Shown: positions 11,301-24,099, counted from the first letter of the whole stretch. The stretch: DNA of 62,415 bases, filler included, from Choristocarpus tenellus KU-1152 (GCA_964200185.2; 12 parts of 12 records of this genome joined end to end with filler, not necessarily neighbours in it); one strand, 5' to 3'. Notes: generated by a model from the letters alone, not told the origin. Program-made: numbers and translations.

Positions 11301-14300
11301 CAAACTATTAAGGCCTTGAACTAATACAACAGGCATACAACAAGCAAAAATCAAAAGCTCTAGGCACCCATTTGGCATATGTACTTGAAACAATATGTAA
11401 GGTTAGATTAGGGTTAGGGTCCATTGACCAAGACCAACACCTCATCCCTGCAAATCCTACTCCTTCCACCACACCTGCGAAGAGCTGGATCAGCAGTCAT
11501 GAACCCTGACATGAACAGTGACGAAAATTCAGTTTTGACCCATGATGGTCTCTTATCCTGTTGAACATTCACCAGCAGGTCTATCAACTGTACCAACACA
11601 GTGAAGGGGAACAAGTGGGGTGGGTGGGTGATGGCAGCGAGATAGGAGGTTCTCAATAGAAGGGATAGTTGAGGGGGGTAAGCTCTTACCTCCCACAGAC
11701 ATAAGTTATATCCAAGAACAAGGTGAGACAAAACATCAAGATGCACTGTGAGTGAATCCCCAGTCATTGTAACACTACATGGTATAAATTTTGTACAAAA
11801 CTGGAATTAATGAGTGACAACATACAATCCAACCCAGGATGGTCGCTCCAGATCCCCGACCACCTGAAAGTACCAACCTAGAAGTGTTTGAATAGGGAAA
11901 AATGTGATAAATGTATGTATGAACACTAGTTGACCTCAAAACTGGACTAAGCTCAAGCTTCCACAGCTTCCACAGCATTAGAGTACACATTGCAAGTGAA
12001 TTACCGACCAAATTGTAACCTTGATGGAGCACAACATGCACATATCAAGCAGACAATAATAAGTTGGAGTTATTGTGGGTCTTCAAGGGCTACAGTGGGG
12101 GGAACTGATCCACCATAAAGGAAGCAGTACAGCATATTGAAGTCTAGGGGTAAGACAAAGGATATTCACAGGCAGTAGTAACTACAAGAAAGAGAGGGTT
12201 GCAAAAGCACTTAGAAAACTCTCAAGTCGTGCTAGCGCAAATTTTACACCTATTCAGCAATTTTGTGGCCACACCTCCATCTGGGACTTCGCCAGGGACT
12301 GCATCTGAACCTCTGACAGGCGGTCAAAGCGAATCAGCTGCTTTACAAAGGCAGTACGGTCCTGTAGAGAGAAGAAAGGAGTAGTGAGGACAAAGTAAGG
12401 CATTAGCAGATTTGATCGTTTTCTGTTTGTACAAGAAAGAGTCGGAAACACAAGAGCACTTGAGAATGAAGCAGTAAGACATGCTTACAGAAGGACCCAC
12501 AACCATGTCACAAGCGCCAACCCAGGAGCTACTTCAAAAGCAGCGCAGAAACAGTACCTGCAACAAACCCAAAGTACACTTAAGTAACAAAACATGCATT
12601 GTATTAACACCTGGTAATGCAAATGTGTTAGCAGTAATGATAGCCCTGGAAAACTAAACACACTTGCCTTATCATTAAGAGCCACCAGTGACACACCCTT
12701 TGGGTCCAACAGCCACTCCCGAAGGAACCCAATGACAGTCTTGATGAGGATCACGCTGTCAGATTGCTCCAGGAGTTCAACACACACTGCGGACAGAGCA
12801 AGGAACACTTTCTTCTGCTCCTTTCGATTCTCTCTCATGCGCCCGCCAGATGTGACATCCCGGAGCAGCTGCAGAGATATCGCCAATGCCTTCCAAGAAA
12901 TAAAAGGGAGGAGAGCATGAGGATGGAGAGTGAGTAGGACAAAATGACGATGTGAGGATCACAGGTAGGTGAGACATGAAGGGGAAATGACAAATCCAAC
13001 TTCATGTTTGCAGCACAGGTGAGTATCCTGGATCACAGGTCCTTCTGTAACCCTAACCCTAACCCTAACCCTGGATCATGAAAGACACAACAAAAATGAA
13101 AATGACAGAGATTCATTTTTGTCTAGTAAGTTGCCAGCGATCAGCTTCTACGCTGCTATACATCCAAATTGTGATACCATTCCCCACAGTTCTAATCCCC
13201 AAAGCATCTCCACCTCAACCATATCTTCTGTTACAGTTCATTCCTGATATCTCATGCACTCTTGGGCACTCGATTGTGGAGCACTTCAAATATTAATTAC
13301 CACATACACTTACAGTATGAGTGTTCAGAGTCTAACAGTACAAGACTCAAATTCCCCACCAGGATACTATTCAGAACAATCCCATCAGGATTTGGATTCC
13401 TTACACACCTAACACATACCTAACACATACAATATACACACACACGCTTATTCCCACTCCAGTCAAAAATACAGGGGCACACCCAACCTCCCCAAACACC
13501 TCACCCTCCCTTCATCATTTTCATCAAACCCTCACCTCAAGGTGCTCTGAAAGTGGAGGGTCCTCTGGCACTGTGTCCCCCATAGCAGCCACACTCAGCA
13601 CTGCAATAGTGGGTGTAGGCATCAACCTGGCCCCCCTCACTGAAGGATCGCTCCCAGTAAGACCCTGTGGCAGTGACACCCCTGCTGCATTCCCCCCATA
13701 CCTACCCATTGTTGTAGCTGCTGTTGCTGCTGCTTGGCAGTGCTGACGTGCTAATAGCTTTGCTAGACCCACAAGGGCAGGGGCATGTGAGTCAGCAAAA
13801 GGTGGCCACGCCTCAGCCACTGTCTTTATCACTTTGACAGTTAGAAAGCCATTGCAACGTGTGTGCCCTTCCCCATCCCCATCACCCCCAACACCAGAGC
13901 CACTATGACCTGAGGCAGGGGTGGCCGGTCCACGGCTCCCACCAGTAGCAGCCACAGCAGTGGCAGCTGTGGGAACTTTAGCTGTCAGAGCTGCCCCCAT
14001 CTTGCGATCAAGGATGCCCTTGAGATTAGGGTAGAAGGAGCCCTGCTGGAACTCAGCAGGTGGATCCTTGGGGTTGTAAAGAGTTGTTAGGCGTGACAGA
14101 AAACGAAGTAGGCGAGTTCGAATCCCAGGGGTGTCTGCCTTGAGACAGGGAGCAAAGAACTTTTGGATCTTGGCTATGTTTTGGAGGACAAACGGATTGG
14201 GGGAGCGACCGCCAATGTCCTCCACTGGATCTGAAGCGCCCCCCCCAATCCCAGCCCCTCCTCCATATATCACAGGCTTCCCTTCCTCTTCTCCAAGTGA

Positions 14301-15600
14301 CAGAGTCAGGATGTCCAAGGATACCTGAAAAAGTGATCCAAAGGAGTCAGGACTGCAAATGGGCCGTTGAAGGAGAACTGGCATTCCATCTAGACAGAGG
14401 AGATAGTATGTTGTTGGACAAGTCCCATCTCATTATCATCCTCTTCCCCCATCAAATAAACAAAAACCAATAAAAACAAAAAACAAAAAATCGACAAACA
14501 TATCTGGGATGAATGCATCAGCCAAGACTAGAACAAACCTAGAAAAAGTGTTCAGCCAACTCGGTCATGGGAAAGTAAAAGCGTAACTGAAATATAAGCC
14601 CATCAGAATTTTTCCAACCTTACAATAAACTCACCTCCAGGACGCTGGGCAGGGCCTTGAGGGTGGCCTGCAAGGTACTAGCAGATGTGGAGGCTGGATC
14701 CATGTCAATCATGGAGTGCACCAGTTTCTCAAAGTAAAGGTACTTGATGGGAGTTTGAGGCCACAGTGAGAGCGCTCGTCGAAGAAGACCCAAACATTGT
14801 CGTGAAAGATGTGCAATTCCAGGGTCCTTGATGTTGCTCACAGCAAACAGAGCCACCCTCACAATGAAATTTACCACCACCTCCACATGTTGCTACACAA
14901 GGGAAGGAACAAAGATAGGATATCAGAAACACAAATTCATTCAAATAAGGAAAGGTGTTTGGTGCTTTTCAGTCAGTTCAGGTTGTTAGGTCAAGACAGG
15001 AATTGGGGGCTATGCCAGGAAAGCCTAAGCAGCAGGGATTGCGAGTTTGGAGTGAAAGCAGTGACTCATACTAACATCTGTTATGTTGATTAAAAAAATT
15101 AAATAGTATAATCTACAACCTACAAAAATAAACACCACAACCTTGGAAGACATTTACCCAAGAACTATAAAAATAAAAAGGTGCTTTGTTCCTCTGTGCA
15201 TAACATGTCAACATTTTGTGTCACATGTGTCACACCTACTGTACTACATACTTGTACATTCAATTTTCCATGATATTACAAATAGTCAAGACTCTTGTAT
15301 CGTATGTCATTGTCATTGTCATTGTCATTGTTACTGTAACTGTAACTGTAACTGTAACTGTAACTGTAACTGTGCAATCAGCACACACAAGAATATGTAA
15401 ATGTACCCACACAAAAGAGATCATTCTCACTCTCACCGCTGATCTTCCCAGAGAAAAGTTTTCGTGGTTACCATCCCCAACGCTACCATCACTAACACCA
15501 TTGCCATCACCATCTGTTGCACCACTGTGACCTGATTTCCCCTCCCCCTGCTTTTTCCCTCCCCCTCCCCCCCACCGTCTCCCCACCCCCACTACCACTT
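8366..15600 (-). CDS. TRRAP: Transformation/transcription domain-associated protein (TRRAP/Tra1, PIKK family), internal fragment from HEAT repeats into the FAT domain
   Basis: Exons (minus strand): 15600-15437, 14892-14635, 14324-13536, 12889-12668 (GC donor), 12361-12275, 11587-11475, 11157-about 10859, about 10408-10053, 9609-9475, 9096-8968, 8782-8654, 8485-8366. Peptides QHVEVVVNFIVRVA..LSRQCLGLLRRALSLWP..YFEKL, SLFMSGFMTADPALRRRF, DWEPLHRQFW, AVGYNAWH..FEHQ, LAFLYKHLGEDD and ETWEERWIDCTRQLSQW..EAAWK follow the order of TRRAP motifs. Both gene ends lie outside the contig. Confidence 0.93.
13048..13072. repeat. Interstitial (TAACCC)4 telomere-type repeat in a TRRAP intron
   Basis: taaccctaaccctaaccctaaccct; shorter TTAGGG runs at about 11196-11207, 11401-11419 and 51178-51189. 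Confidence 0.8.
15305..15372. repeat. Compound hexanucleotide microsatellite (TGTCAT)n(TGTAAC)n, intronic
   Basis: Read directly from the sequence. Confidence 0.9.
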
Positions 15601-17336
15601 NNNNNNNNNNNNNNNNNNNNNNNNNNNNNNNNNNNNNNNNNNNNTTAATTAATTAANNNNNNNNNNNNNNNNNNNNNNNNNNNNNNNNNNNNNNNNNNNN
15701 TTTTGTTGTGTATGAGGGTTTGTTTGGGTTGTGGAATAGGAGGGAGGGGGGGGGGGGGGGGAGGAGGTTGGCAGAGGCTCAATAAGAAGCAAGAGGACGT
15801 CTCGATTTGGTCTCGTGAATACCTGTATGGGAGTTCCACACATTTGTCAGTGGCTATGGTATAGGTGCCAGAAGAGCTGTTTGTAAGTTGGGGATTGCAG
15901 GTTGAGGACAGCATCTGACAATACAGTTCTGAGTTGGGAGGGTGTATTTGGGTGTGTGATGGCCAGAGGTGGTGCAACACTGGACTTGAGGGAGGGCATG
16001 GCAAGAGCTCAATCACAAGCAAGAGGAAGTTTTGGTTGGGTCTTGTGCTAGCCAGCATGGGAGTTTCACACATTTTTCAGCGACTGCTTTTGTATGTGCA
16101 AGAGTTGTCTGTAGGTCGAGCATTTGTGGGTTGAGGACAACAGGTGACACTTCACTTCTGGGATGGGAGGGCTACCAAGTTTGATCTGTAGTTCTTGCTG
16201 AGGTGGGGGAAGAGTCTCAAGGCTGCCCAGTCCATGGTGTAAGCGGACAATGGACAAAGGGAGCGGAGTACATGACTTGGAGGACATGATCAATAGGCTA
16301 TTCCTACCTCCTCAATGGAGGAAGTTGGTGGCAGCTGTTGTTAAGCGATGTGTATCCACAGGGGTGATATATGAGGATGAGTTGGAAATACACGGCAGAA
16401 AGCTTAGGATAGGGTAGTACAGAAGGTTACCCTGTTGGAAATAGGGGGGTAGAGGGTGAGAGCTGAGGACTGGGCGATCATGAAGATTTTTTCTTCGTAA
16501 TGTATTTGTGATATTGTATTGTTTTATTCTGTGTGCGGTTGTGATGTGTTCATGGGCATTTTCTGCCCTTTGTCGATGATACAGCAGGCCCAAGTAAGTA
16601 AGTATACTTTTTGGGCATAGATTCTAAGAAACACCATACATGTCCGAGGAGGAGTTGGGTGGTCAAGAACCCCCAGACTCCTGGCCCTCCAGAAACAGGC
16701 AGTGCACTGATTGGTCGATGCACAGAATCCGTCCATCAAATCACTTTTGATGATACTTTTCTTTTAGGTGTGATATGCTCTACATATATGTAGAATTAAT
16801 GTCCATATTTCGTATGGACAACACTACACTGTGTGTGTGTGTTTTTTTTTACTTGATGTACTTGTTCACGGTACTGATGTACTTATTCATGGTACTGATG
16901 TGGTGATGTTGCGGTTGTTGTGGATGAGTGTGATCGGTTAAATTTGCGTATGTTCTTCTCGAAACTGTGGTGATATTGATAGGAATAATGTGCCTCAAGC
17001 TTCATGATACCACTACTACTACTAATATAATTATAAAATGGAAATATATCTTATCTGATAGGAGGTGTGAGAAGGCAGTCAATGCACATCATCTACCTGT
17101 TCGAAAGAGAAGAAGCAAGTGTACAAGATGGAAGGGGATTGGTGGTAAGTTGGAGAGGTAGGTGGGAGGGAGATTGCTTGTTATTATGGTGGGGAGTAAA
17201 TGATCGAGATTATTGTCTTGCTTTCTAAGCATTTCTTGACATTTTAGTTGTTGGAAAATTTGGTTCAATCACTGACCTACCTCCAATAGCAATTATGCAT
17301 GCCATTCTATGTAATATGGTGTTTCGCTTCCTATGA

Positions 17337-17604
17337 GAGTCAAAGTAAACTAGAGGTACGAAAGGTTGCATTTAAAGTATGCTGACAAACGCGGAAGATT
17401 CGACTTGTACAAATGCGAATAGGGACTTCCCTGAATTCAGTTGAGCGTTTTGAAAAAATACAGAAACCAACGCTCTAAAGTCAACCTGAGCACTTCATAG
17501 ATAGGTAGAAATAATGAAAATATTGGTGGATCGTAAAAGAATAAAAAAAGTGACTTAAAATGCAAAACGGGTAAAACCTGGATATTTCTCGTTTACTTCA
17601 GCTC
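17337..17604 (+). mobile_element. MITE family C (about 268 bp)
   Basis: GAGTCAAAGTAAACTAGAGGT...TTTCTCGTTTACTTCAGCTC; colinear with 47118-47377; flanks tga/aga. Confidence 0.8.
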
Positions 17605-17799
17605 AGACGTAATCGGGTGGAAACTGACCAATGGATGCTGGATGTTGTTGGGGTGGGAGTAGACGAGATTTTGCCACAGGATAATGAGGTGGAACTTAAG
17701 GTGGAAGATGTCAGCAACAGCAACGATGGACCTGACCAATCTGAGTCTGCAAGTTTTCAGTGAATATCAATGACGACCCAGCAACACTCGGAATCTCCA

Positions 17800-18760
17800 A
17801 ACATTATGTTTCTTATAATGTTCTGCACCGCCAACCAAAACGATTCGAGGCGACAAAAACATATGTTACGAGTCCTGTGTATATCTGATTCAGCATTTCA
17901 ATTGCGCAAGGCGTTTCACATCATGAACAATGGGTGAAACAAACGTGAACATGTGAAAACAAGATTATTCCTACTATGTACATAAATGCTCCCCTCACTC
18001 AAATAATACACCCTATTGCATGCTGTATTGTGAATCGAAGGAGTTACTATATTTGGTTGATGCGTTAGGACGTCAGCATTTATTCCATGCACACTTCAAG
18101 GGATGAATCAACCTGTATCATATTTACATCAAAAGTTTGACTGCCTTCAGTCTACTTTGTGGGGTTGAAGCAAATTCTACAACAAATTCCAAAATTCTTT
18201 TCTTGTTACTCCCTATCATTTGTGTTTTGTGAGACACACCCGGACTAGACATGTCAACTACAATTATCCAAGACTTAACCCGTTCTCTGTTGAAGTCCTC
18301 TCAACCAAAGCCACCAATTGCATGCTTTACAGAATGGGACGTTTTAGTCCTTGCTGCAGCAGACTTGAGGTGGTTTTGCTTTCTTTTCAAAGCAGGAAAT
18401 GGCCATTACTATAATACATCTTGAGATAAGATGCGATAATCTAATATTAATAATATCGTAGCCAGTTACTACCAATAATTTTAATTTGAAGACAACACAT
18501 GCATGCTTCAAGCGATAGCAGGTTGGTAAACCATTAATGGTTTTACAGAGGACATCGTTAAACCAATTTTATCATAATGGTCTGACCAAATCCAGCAGGT
18601 AGATGTAATGTTAGATTTGATTCATCGGTTCCGACCTGCATTCTACGCAAACAGTCTCAGTTGTTGTGTGTGTCCTAGAGCCTCATTATTAGTGTCTCGT
18701 ATTTTTAGTGATGTATCATCAATGTTCTGTTGATGTAGCGATCTGACTGATGATGATGAG
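17800..18760 (+). mobile_element. Possible highly decayed hAT-like transposase relic
   Basis: Fragments TSPVY.., LQNGTFxSLL.. and YHNGLT..FIGSD..V..PH resemble hAT BED, catalytic and insertion-domain motifs. Many stops; weak. Confidence 0.25.
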
Positions 18761-18994
18761 CAGTTTGCATCACATACTCCCTACTACAACTCTTCTTCTT
18801 GATGAGAGAAAAAAATGATTCCTCAACAAATCGGTTGTGCAACCAGCATCACTCTGTGGGGAAAAAATACTATTATTAATAGTAGGATTTTCCATTATTG
18901 TAAGACCTTGAGTGTATTCGTATCTTTTTCTGATATACTAACTTTTGAAGTCTTCAATAGAGACTGACGAAATACAATAATAGTGGTGCAGCAT

Positions 18995-19150
18995 AACTGT
19001 TGGTAAAATGGTAAATAGATTAATGTTTTTCACATTTTTGACAACTGTTACTTTTTTAGGGGTTTTTCTGACATGTGGAATAGTATTCATTGTTTTTTTC
19101 CTGACACATCTGCAACATGTTAGAGGGCGTAATGATAGAAAAATAATAAT
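18995..19150 (+). repeat. Dispersed repeat family D (other copies at 30405-30535 minus and about 39270-39390 plus)
   Basis: Shared ttcacattt..gacaactgttac..ttttag...ctgaca.gtg..atagt...tttttcctgacac...gt.agagggc.taat.ata on three different contigs. Confidence 0.7.
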
Positions 19151-19379
19151 ACGAAAAATAGTAATAACTATTAACAATAGTAATGTGAAAGCGTCAAAAG
19201 GTGTCAAGTTCTTTTTTGCTCAAGGGGGCAATCACAATCACCGGNNNNNNNNNNNNNNNNNNNNNNNNNNNNNNNNNNNNNNNNNNNNTTAATTAATTAA
19301 NNNNNNNNNNNNNNNNNNNNNNNNNNNNNNNNNNNNNNNNNNNNTTTTTTATGACCACCACCCACCCCCCCCTCCCTCC

Positions 19380-19449
19380 CCCCCCCCCCCCCCCCCCCTC
19401 CCCCCCCACCCCCCCCCCCCCCCCCCCCCCCCCCAAGATACTTTGACCC
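19380..19449 (+). mobile_element. MITE family A end at contig start
   Basis: polyC-AGATACTTTGACCC. Confidence 0.7.
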
Positions 19450-19746
19450 AGAGTGGTGCAATTGGTTTGAAAAATGAAAACTTCGAAAGTGTCCGAGGAC
19501 TTGATTCGAAAAATGAAAACCTCTCAAATCTTAGTCGATGTATAACATGGATTGATTGGTGGAATAGCTCATGAAGGTACTCAACAATGAGCTATTGTTC
19601 TCAAGGGCTAGTTATTCGATCGAGATTGACTGCATTGGGAAGACAACAAAGAGTATCAGATCAAGCAATGGTGGACATAAACTGGAGGATAGATATATTG
19701 GTGTTGACTTACGGCTCACCCTAGTATATATCCAAGGTGTACTCAC

Positions 19747-22213
19747 CACATAGTGTGCGTGAGAGCTGTGTACACTCAATGGAAAAGCGAAGAATTCAAC
19801 ATGTCCTCTTTTCCTATCAGCGGTCCTCTTCTCCCACTTTGTAATGTCTCGTGAGAATTTTGATTTTGGTCTCCGAAGACGAGCCCGGAAGGGTGCCTCT
19901 GCTTCTTCCACCCAGTAATGCTGGTTTGTTCGTGAGGAGTAATTCAAAGGATGTTTTTATTCATGTGTGCCTGTGTACATGTATTTGTTTGTTTGGGGGT
20001 TTAGAGGTAGGTACATACATTATCAAGCACTATTGATTTGTGGAGTGAGGTACTCAGGGCAGCAAGTGGTGTGAATACACTGCTATAATCATCTATGTGT
20101 TTATCATCCAAGTGTGTGATCTGTAGGGTCATATTACCATTCTGGGGTATTCATTCCGTACTTCAATAAGAAGGCAGTTGATGTCCAGAATGTGCCTTCG
20201 GACAAACTCATCAGCGTGAGCAACTGCTGTGTGATCTGATGTGATTTGTGTCATGCAGTTCTTTGTGTTCCGGAGTACTTGATTATTTGATTAACGTTTC
20301 AAGAAGGTAGCAGAGGTATGATCAACACTCATCTTACCTCTGCATGTTCGACAGCACTTTCAAAAGCGAAGAAACTCAGTTTGGGCTCAAATTCTTTGTG
20401 CTCGTGATTCCAGTTGTTGCCAGTGACAAAGTGCTCCCGGTAGGGGTCACCAGCCTGCACACCAGTGAACTTTTGGTGAGTGAACAGAAAATGGGCATCT
20501 CTCATTGCGCATCAAGCGTCTTAGGTGAAAATGGATCATCAGTATGAATGGTAATGATTCTTGAAATGCCTTTGTAAGATCTATTGGCAAATGCAATGGA
20601 ACCTGGTGCGGGAAAGATTCTGGCACGTCAATTAGGGTATTCTGTTAACCTGAATTTGGAAGCTCTAATTCTCCACACTACTCCAGAGTTAAAGTAACTT
20701 ACTTCTGTTGCACTCTTTATGTTTTCTTGCCTTGATGACATACCAATGGATCAGCTTTGATAACTCCCCTGTTGTGGTTCGTGGCAATATCTGTGCTGAG
20801 CCGCTTCTGCCTGCAAGCTCAGATACCTCTTCAGGGACGTGGAATTCACTTAGTACCTGACTTACGTGGCCCAGGTGTATAGCAATTATTCAAATGTCAG
20901 AATAGGTAAGAAGAATATGCCCTGCTGTGGTTGTTATGTAGCAGAGCTAACATCCAACCAACATTTACAGCTCAAGCTTTCACCTCGTGCTGCCAGTCAA
21001 TGTTGCTCTGTTGACCTATCTCTTCACTGATGCTGTGAAAAATATCTGATGTGATCGCCTCTTCCTGTACCAGCTCCCACGAGACACTGCCCTGTTGACC
21101 CTTCTCTTCATTACTGTTGTTGTCACCAATGCCTGATGCGATTCTCTCCTCCTCCCCGAGCTCCCATGATGTCTCCTGGGACGAAGGGAAGGGGCTGAAT
21201 AAAAATAGTGATAGTCATTTAAATCTACGGTAAGGAAAGTTTAGCAGTTGGAGTCAAAGAAGACTCTGTGTTGCAGGAAGAATGTGAGGTCAATACTGAC
21301 TTTAAAGCACCCACCGCAGTCACTGAGTTATAGTAGTACTGTTCATTTGTGCCTTCGTCCACTATCGTGATCCATGAGGAGACTGCTTGTCCTTCAATCG
21401 ATGGTGTTGAGGAAAATATGTATGGGATAGTTTCAGCTGGAAGCTCCCAAACAGATTCCTAGTGAAATATTAAGGTTCACAAGAGAAAGAGTACTTCATA
21501 AAGCCAACTATTTGTGGAAGAGGAATAGCCGTATCGAGGTCTGGTGAAAAAAAAAAGGCAACCACAAGTAACAAGGATTAAAAAGGCTGTTTTCTGAGCA
21601 TTTTGTGCGTTCATGAGGTGTTGTCCTTGCTATTTCTTTGCTTTCACACTCATTATGCGAAAGTATTAGTTATTGTAGGTTTGATCAAGCCTTTGAGTAT
21701 GTCTTACGTTGTATTCTGGAGTACATGGTTTGGAGCAGGTACACCAACGGTTATACCTGTGTTGTCTCATTCCAGTAATACACCAAACCCTCGTCGGTGT
21801 AGCATTGCATCCACACGGAACTCTGTTTGTCTTGACATTGCATACAACCTCGAAGTAAGCAAACAGCTCTTGTAACTCAAAGTACAATAGTCTGACGGAG
21901 GAACTGAAAGTAGTCAGGAGCTATCCCTTATCTCAATGGTGGATGGGGAACTGGCGGACCAAGTCTCTGCTCTAGGTGAATAGCAAGGACATCCAATAGC
22001 AGTTCGTTGTTGTAGTTTGAGAGACATCAAAACAGTAGTGTTATTCAGCTGTGGTTCCCTGCGACCACGGGAAACCTCAAAATTTACTTGGGGAGATCAA
22101 TTTGTGGCATGGTCGACGCTATGAGCAGGCAACATCTACCATACCCAAGCAGCCTCTGCTGACAGCTTCCGCCAGACGACCACGTCGTCTTTAGTGCCAG
22201 AGTGCAAGCAGTC
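19747..22213 (-). CDS. Two-WW-domain protein with an unrecognised C-terminal repeat
   Basis: Phase-0 exons 22213-22145 (tentative), 21822-21757, 21458-21315, 21175-20984, 20856-20731 (GC donor), 20454-20338, 20260-20138, 19920-19747. Splicing builds two WW domains across introns: WMQCYTDEGLVYYWNETTQ|ESVWELP and WITIVDEGTNEQYYYNSVTA|ETSWEL. Start and last exons are uncertain. Mostly absent from the ORF track. Confidence 0.8.
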
Positions 22214-22601
22214 CTATTTCTATTTCTATCAATGGAGGTAAGCAACTATCATTCCCGATCTTGGGGTCACACGCCGCAGAGGATCAAAGCTCTTAGGACG
22301 GTAGATCTAAATGTGTTGCCTTCACTCCGAACAGTCGTCGCAACATTTCCACTTTCCTCCCACCCTCTAGGTCACACATACACATACAAATGATTACATA
22401 TTTCCCCTCACCAAGTCAAAATGTCGTAAGCAAAAAGATCTCCTCAAGCTAATGCTCTCGAGGTTGTCCCTGCTAATCTCTTCTCCTTAACTGTGACACA
22501 CGCCAACACACTCGAAGAAAGCCTGAGAAGTAACGGCAATGGGTTTCGTCTAAAGGTCTTCACTCTCAAAAAGATAGTACATTAACACTGGGAGTGGAGC
22601 C

Positions 22602-24099
22602 ATGGCACCGAAAAACCAAGCAAAGGACAAAGGAAAAGAGCTTGCTGTAGATCCCCCCAAGTATCTTGAGATATTCCTACAGGCAACAAATCGATTGCAG
22701 TGCTCACTAGATGATTGAGTACTTATAATCGTCGTCCAATCTAAGTTTCGGTCAAACGTTTCCCATTACTAGACCCAACTTGAGGAATATCATACACTCT
22801 AGCTCCGAATATGAAGAATGGAATCCCGTTGAAAAACTCAGCTTGCGTGCCCTTTCCTCGACACCATGCAAGCTTCATATTCATCGCCTATCTTCTTTCG
22901 CCTTGATTGGTGCAGGATGAACTTATTGGGGAAGTCGTAGCGACCGAAGTTGTGGACACTGCTCTGGGGAAGGTGTCGAAGTTCATTTACGAAAAGCAAA
23001 TCAAAACCCTGGCTTTGGAACAAGCAGCAATGGAAGTGCTTGGTGATTTAGGAACGTGTTTGACAGCCAAAAACATCAGGTACTAATGATTTTGACAACG
23101 TCCTGCCTAGGGGAGAGAGTTGTACGTATGATGATGATGAATCTGAGATGGAAATGTCCACACTCGTTCTTTCTTTTATTCAGATTATTGGATGCCTGGA
23201 CAACTCTTCTCCCAATTTTCTTCCAGGTACGAGCCAGGGCATCTAGTCTCTATGTCGAAAGAGGCCACACAATTGACACCAGGGCAAGAAGCGGTGCAAC
23301 CGACGATTGATCCTTGGGCTCGTGGTGCGCTGCTGACACGGAACGCAACGGAAGAGGTAAATAGATGTAGACGATGCAAGATGGAGAAATTCTTGGTCGG
23401 GTGTAGCTGTATCAAAGATTCAATACTGAAAGCTTCTGAGCTTGGAGAAGAAATAATTATTACGTCACCCAAAGACACATTTCTGACTTTCTGCATAATG
23501 ACTCGTTTCTCCTCTATTGGAAGGAGGGTCCTGGATTTTGTTGCCACGTCTAACCCTTCTCCATTAGCAGTGAAATCAATTCTGTACATGGATCCACTCC
23601 ACCAGGACCACCAAAAGCCAGGCGATGACAGCAGTGAAGGTGGAAGATCTACGAAGTCAATGAAGTCAGGCTACAGCTTGTTTTGTAGGTGTGTCTATTT
23701 TTATGGCATGTTACATAAGGAATTTCCTGTCTGATGTTGTAGAAATAATATGCCTTGGCTATATCTATATATCTATATTGTGAGGGACTACTACATCAGC
23801 AAATAAAGATCGAAGCATCTCTGGGATTTCCTCACCACTGCTACCCAATAAACCAACCTCAAATTTGAACCAGTCGACCGCTCGTCCTCAAGGAAGAGGA
23901 GGCTATTCCATATCCCATACCACCGGAGATCCTGGACGACCAGAGCCTTCCTTCCAGCTTCCATACTCATGACAAGAAGTGGAAAGCTAGAGGAAGAACT
24001 CAAAATGCCAGGGCTGGCAGACACAAACGAGGGGAAAGAGATAGAGGCGATGGTAGTATGGGTGATGGTTCCAGCTCAATCGGAGAAAGGATGAATAAG
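22602..24099 (+). CDS. C2orf81/DUF4639-like protein, 5' part
   Basis: Exons 22602-22682 (GC donor), 22916-23079, 23227-23356, 23606-23688, 23958-24099, all in phase. MAPK..YLEIFLQ|DELIGEVVATEVVDTALGKVSKFIYEKQI..AAMEVL..IR|YEPG..QEAVQPTIDPWARGAL resembles the C2orf81 pattern GEDVV.DIL..Y..Q.I..RDEG..EP...DSWAQG as I recall it. The gene continues beyond the last donor. Confidence 0.65.

Noticed and set aside
12489-12557. Possible 69-nt poison exon in the TRRAP GC-AG intron (GCAG|..|GTAAGC, in-frame TGA)
   Set aside because: The flanking exons join well without it and such sites arise by chance; it needs RNA-seq support.
23185-23589. Minus-strand ORF with VASFDIET, like the family B DNA polymerase ExoI motif (possible viral insert)
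   Set aside because: No other polB motif, and it is antisense to a well-phased exon of the C2orf81-like gene.
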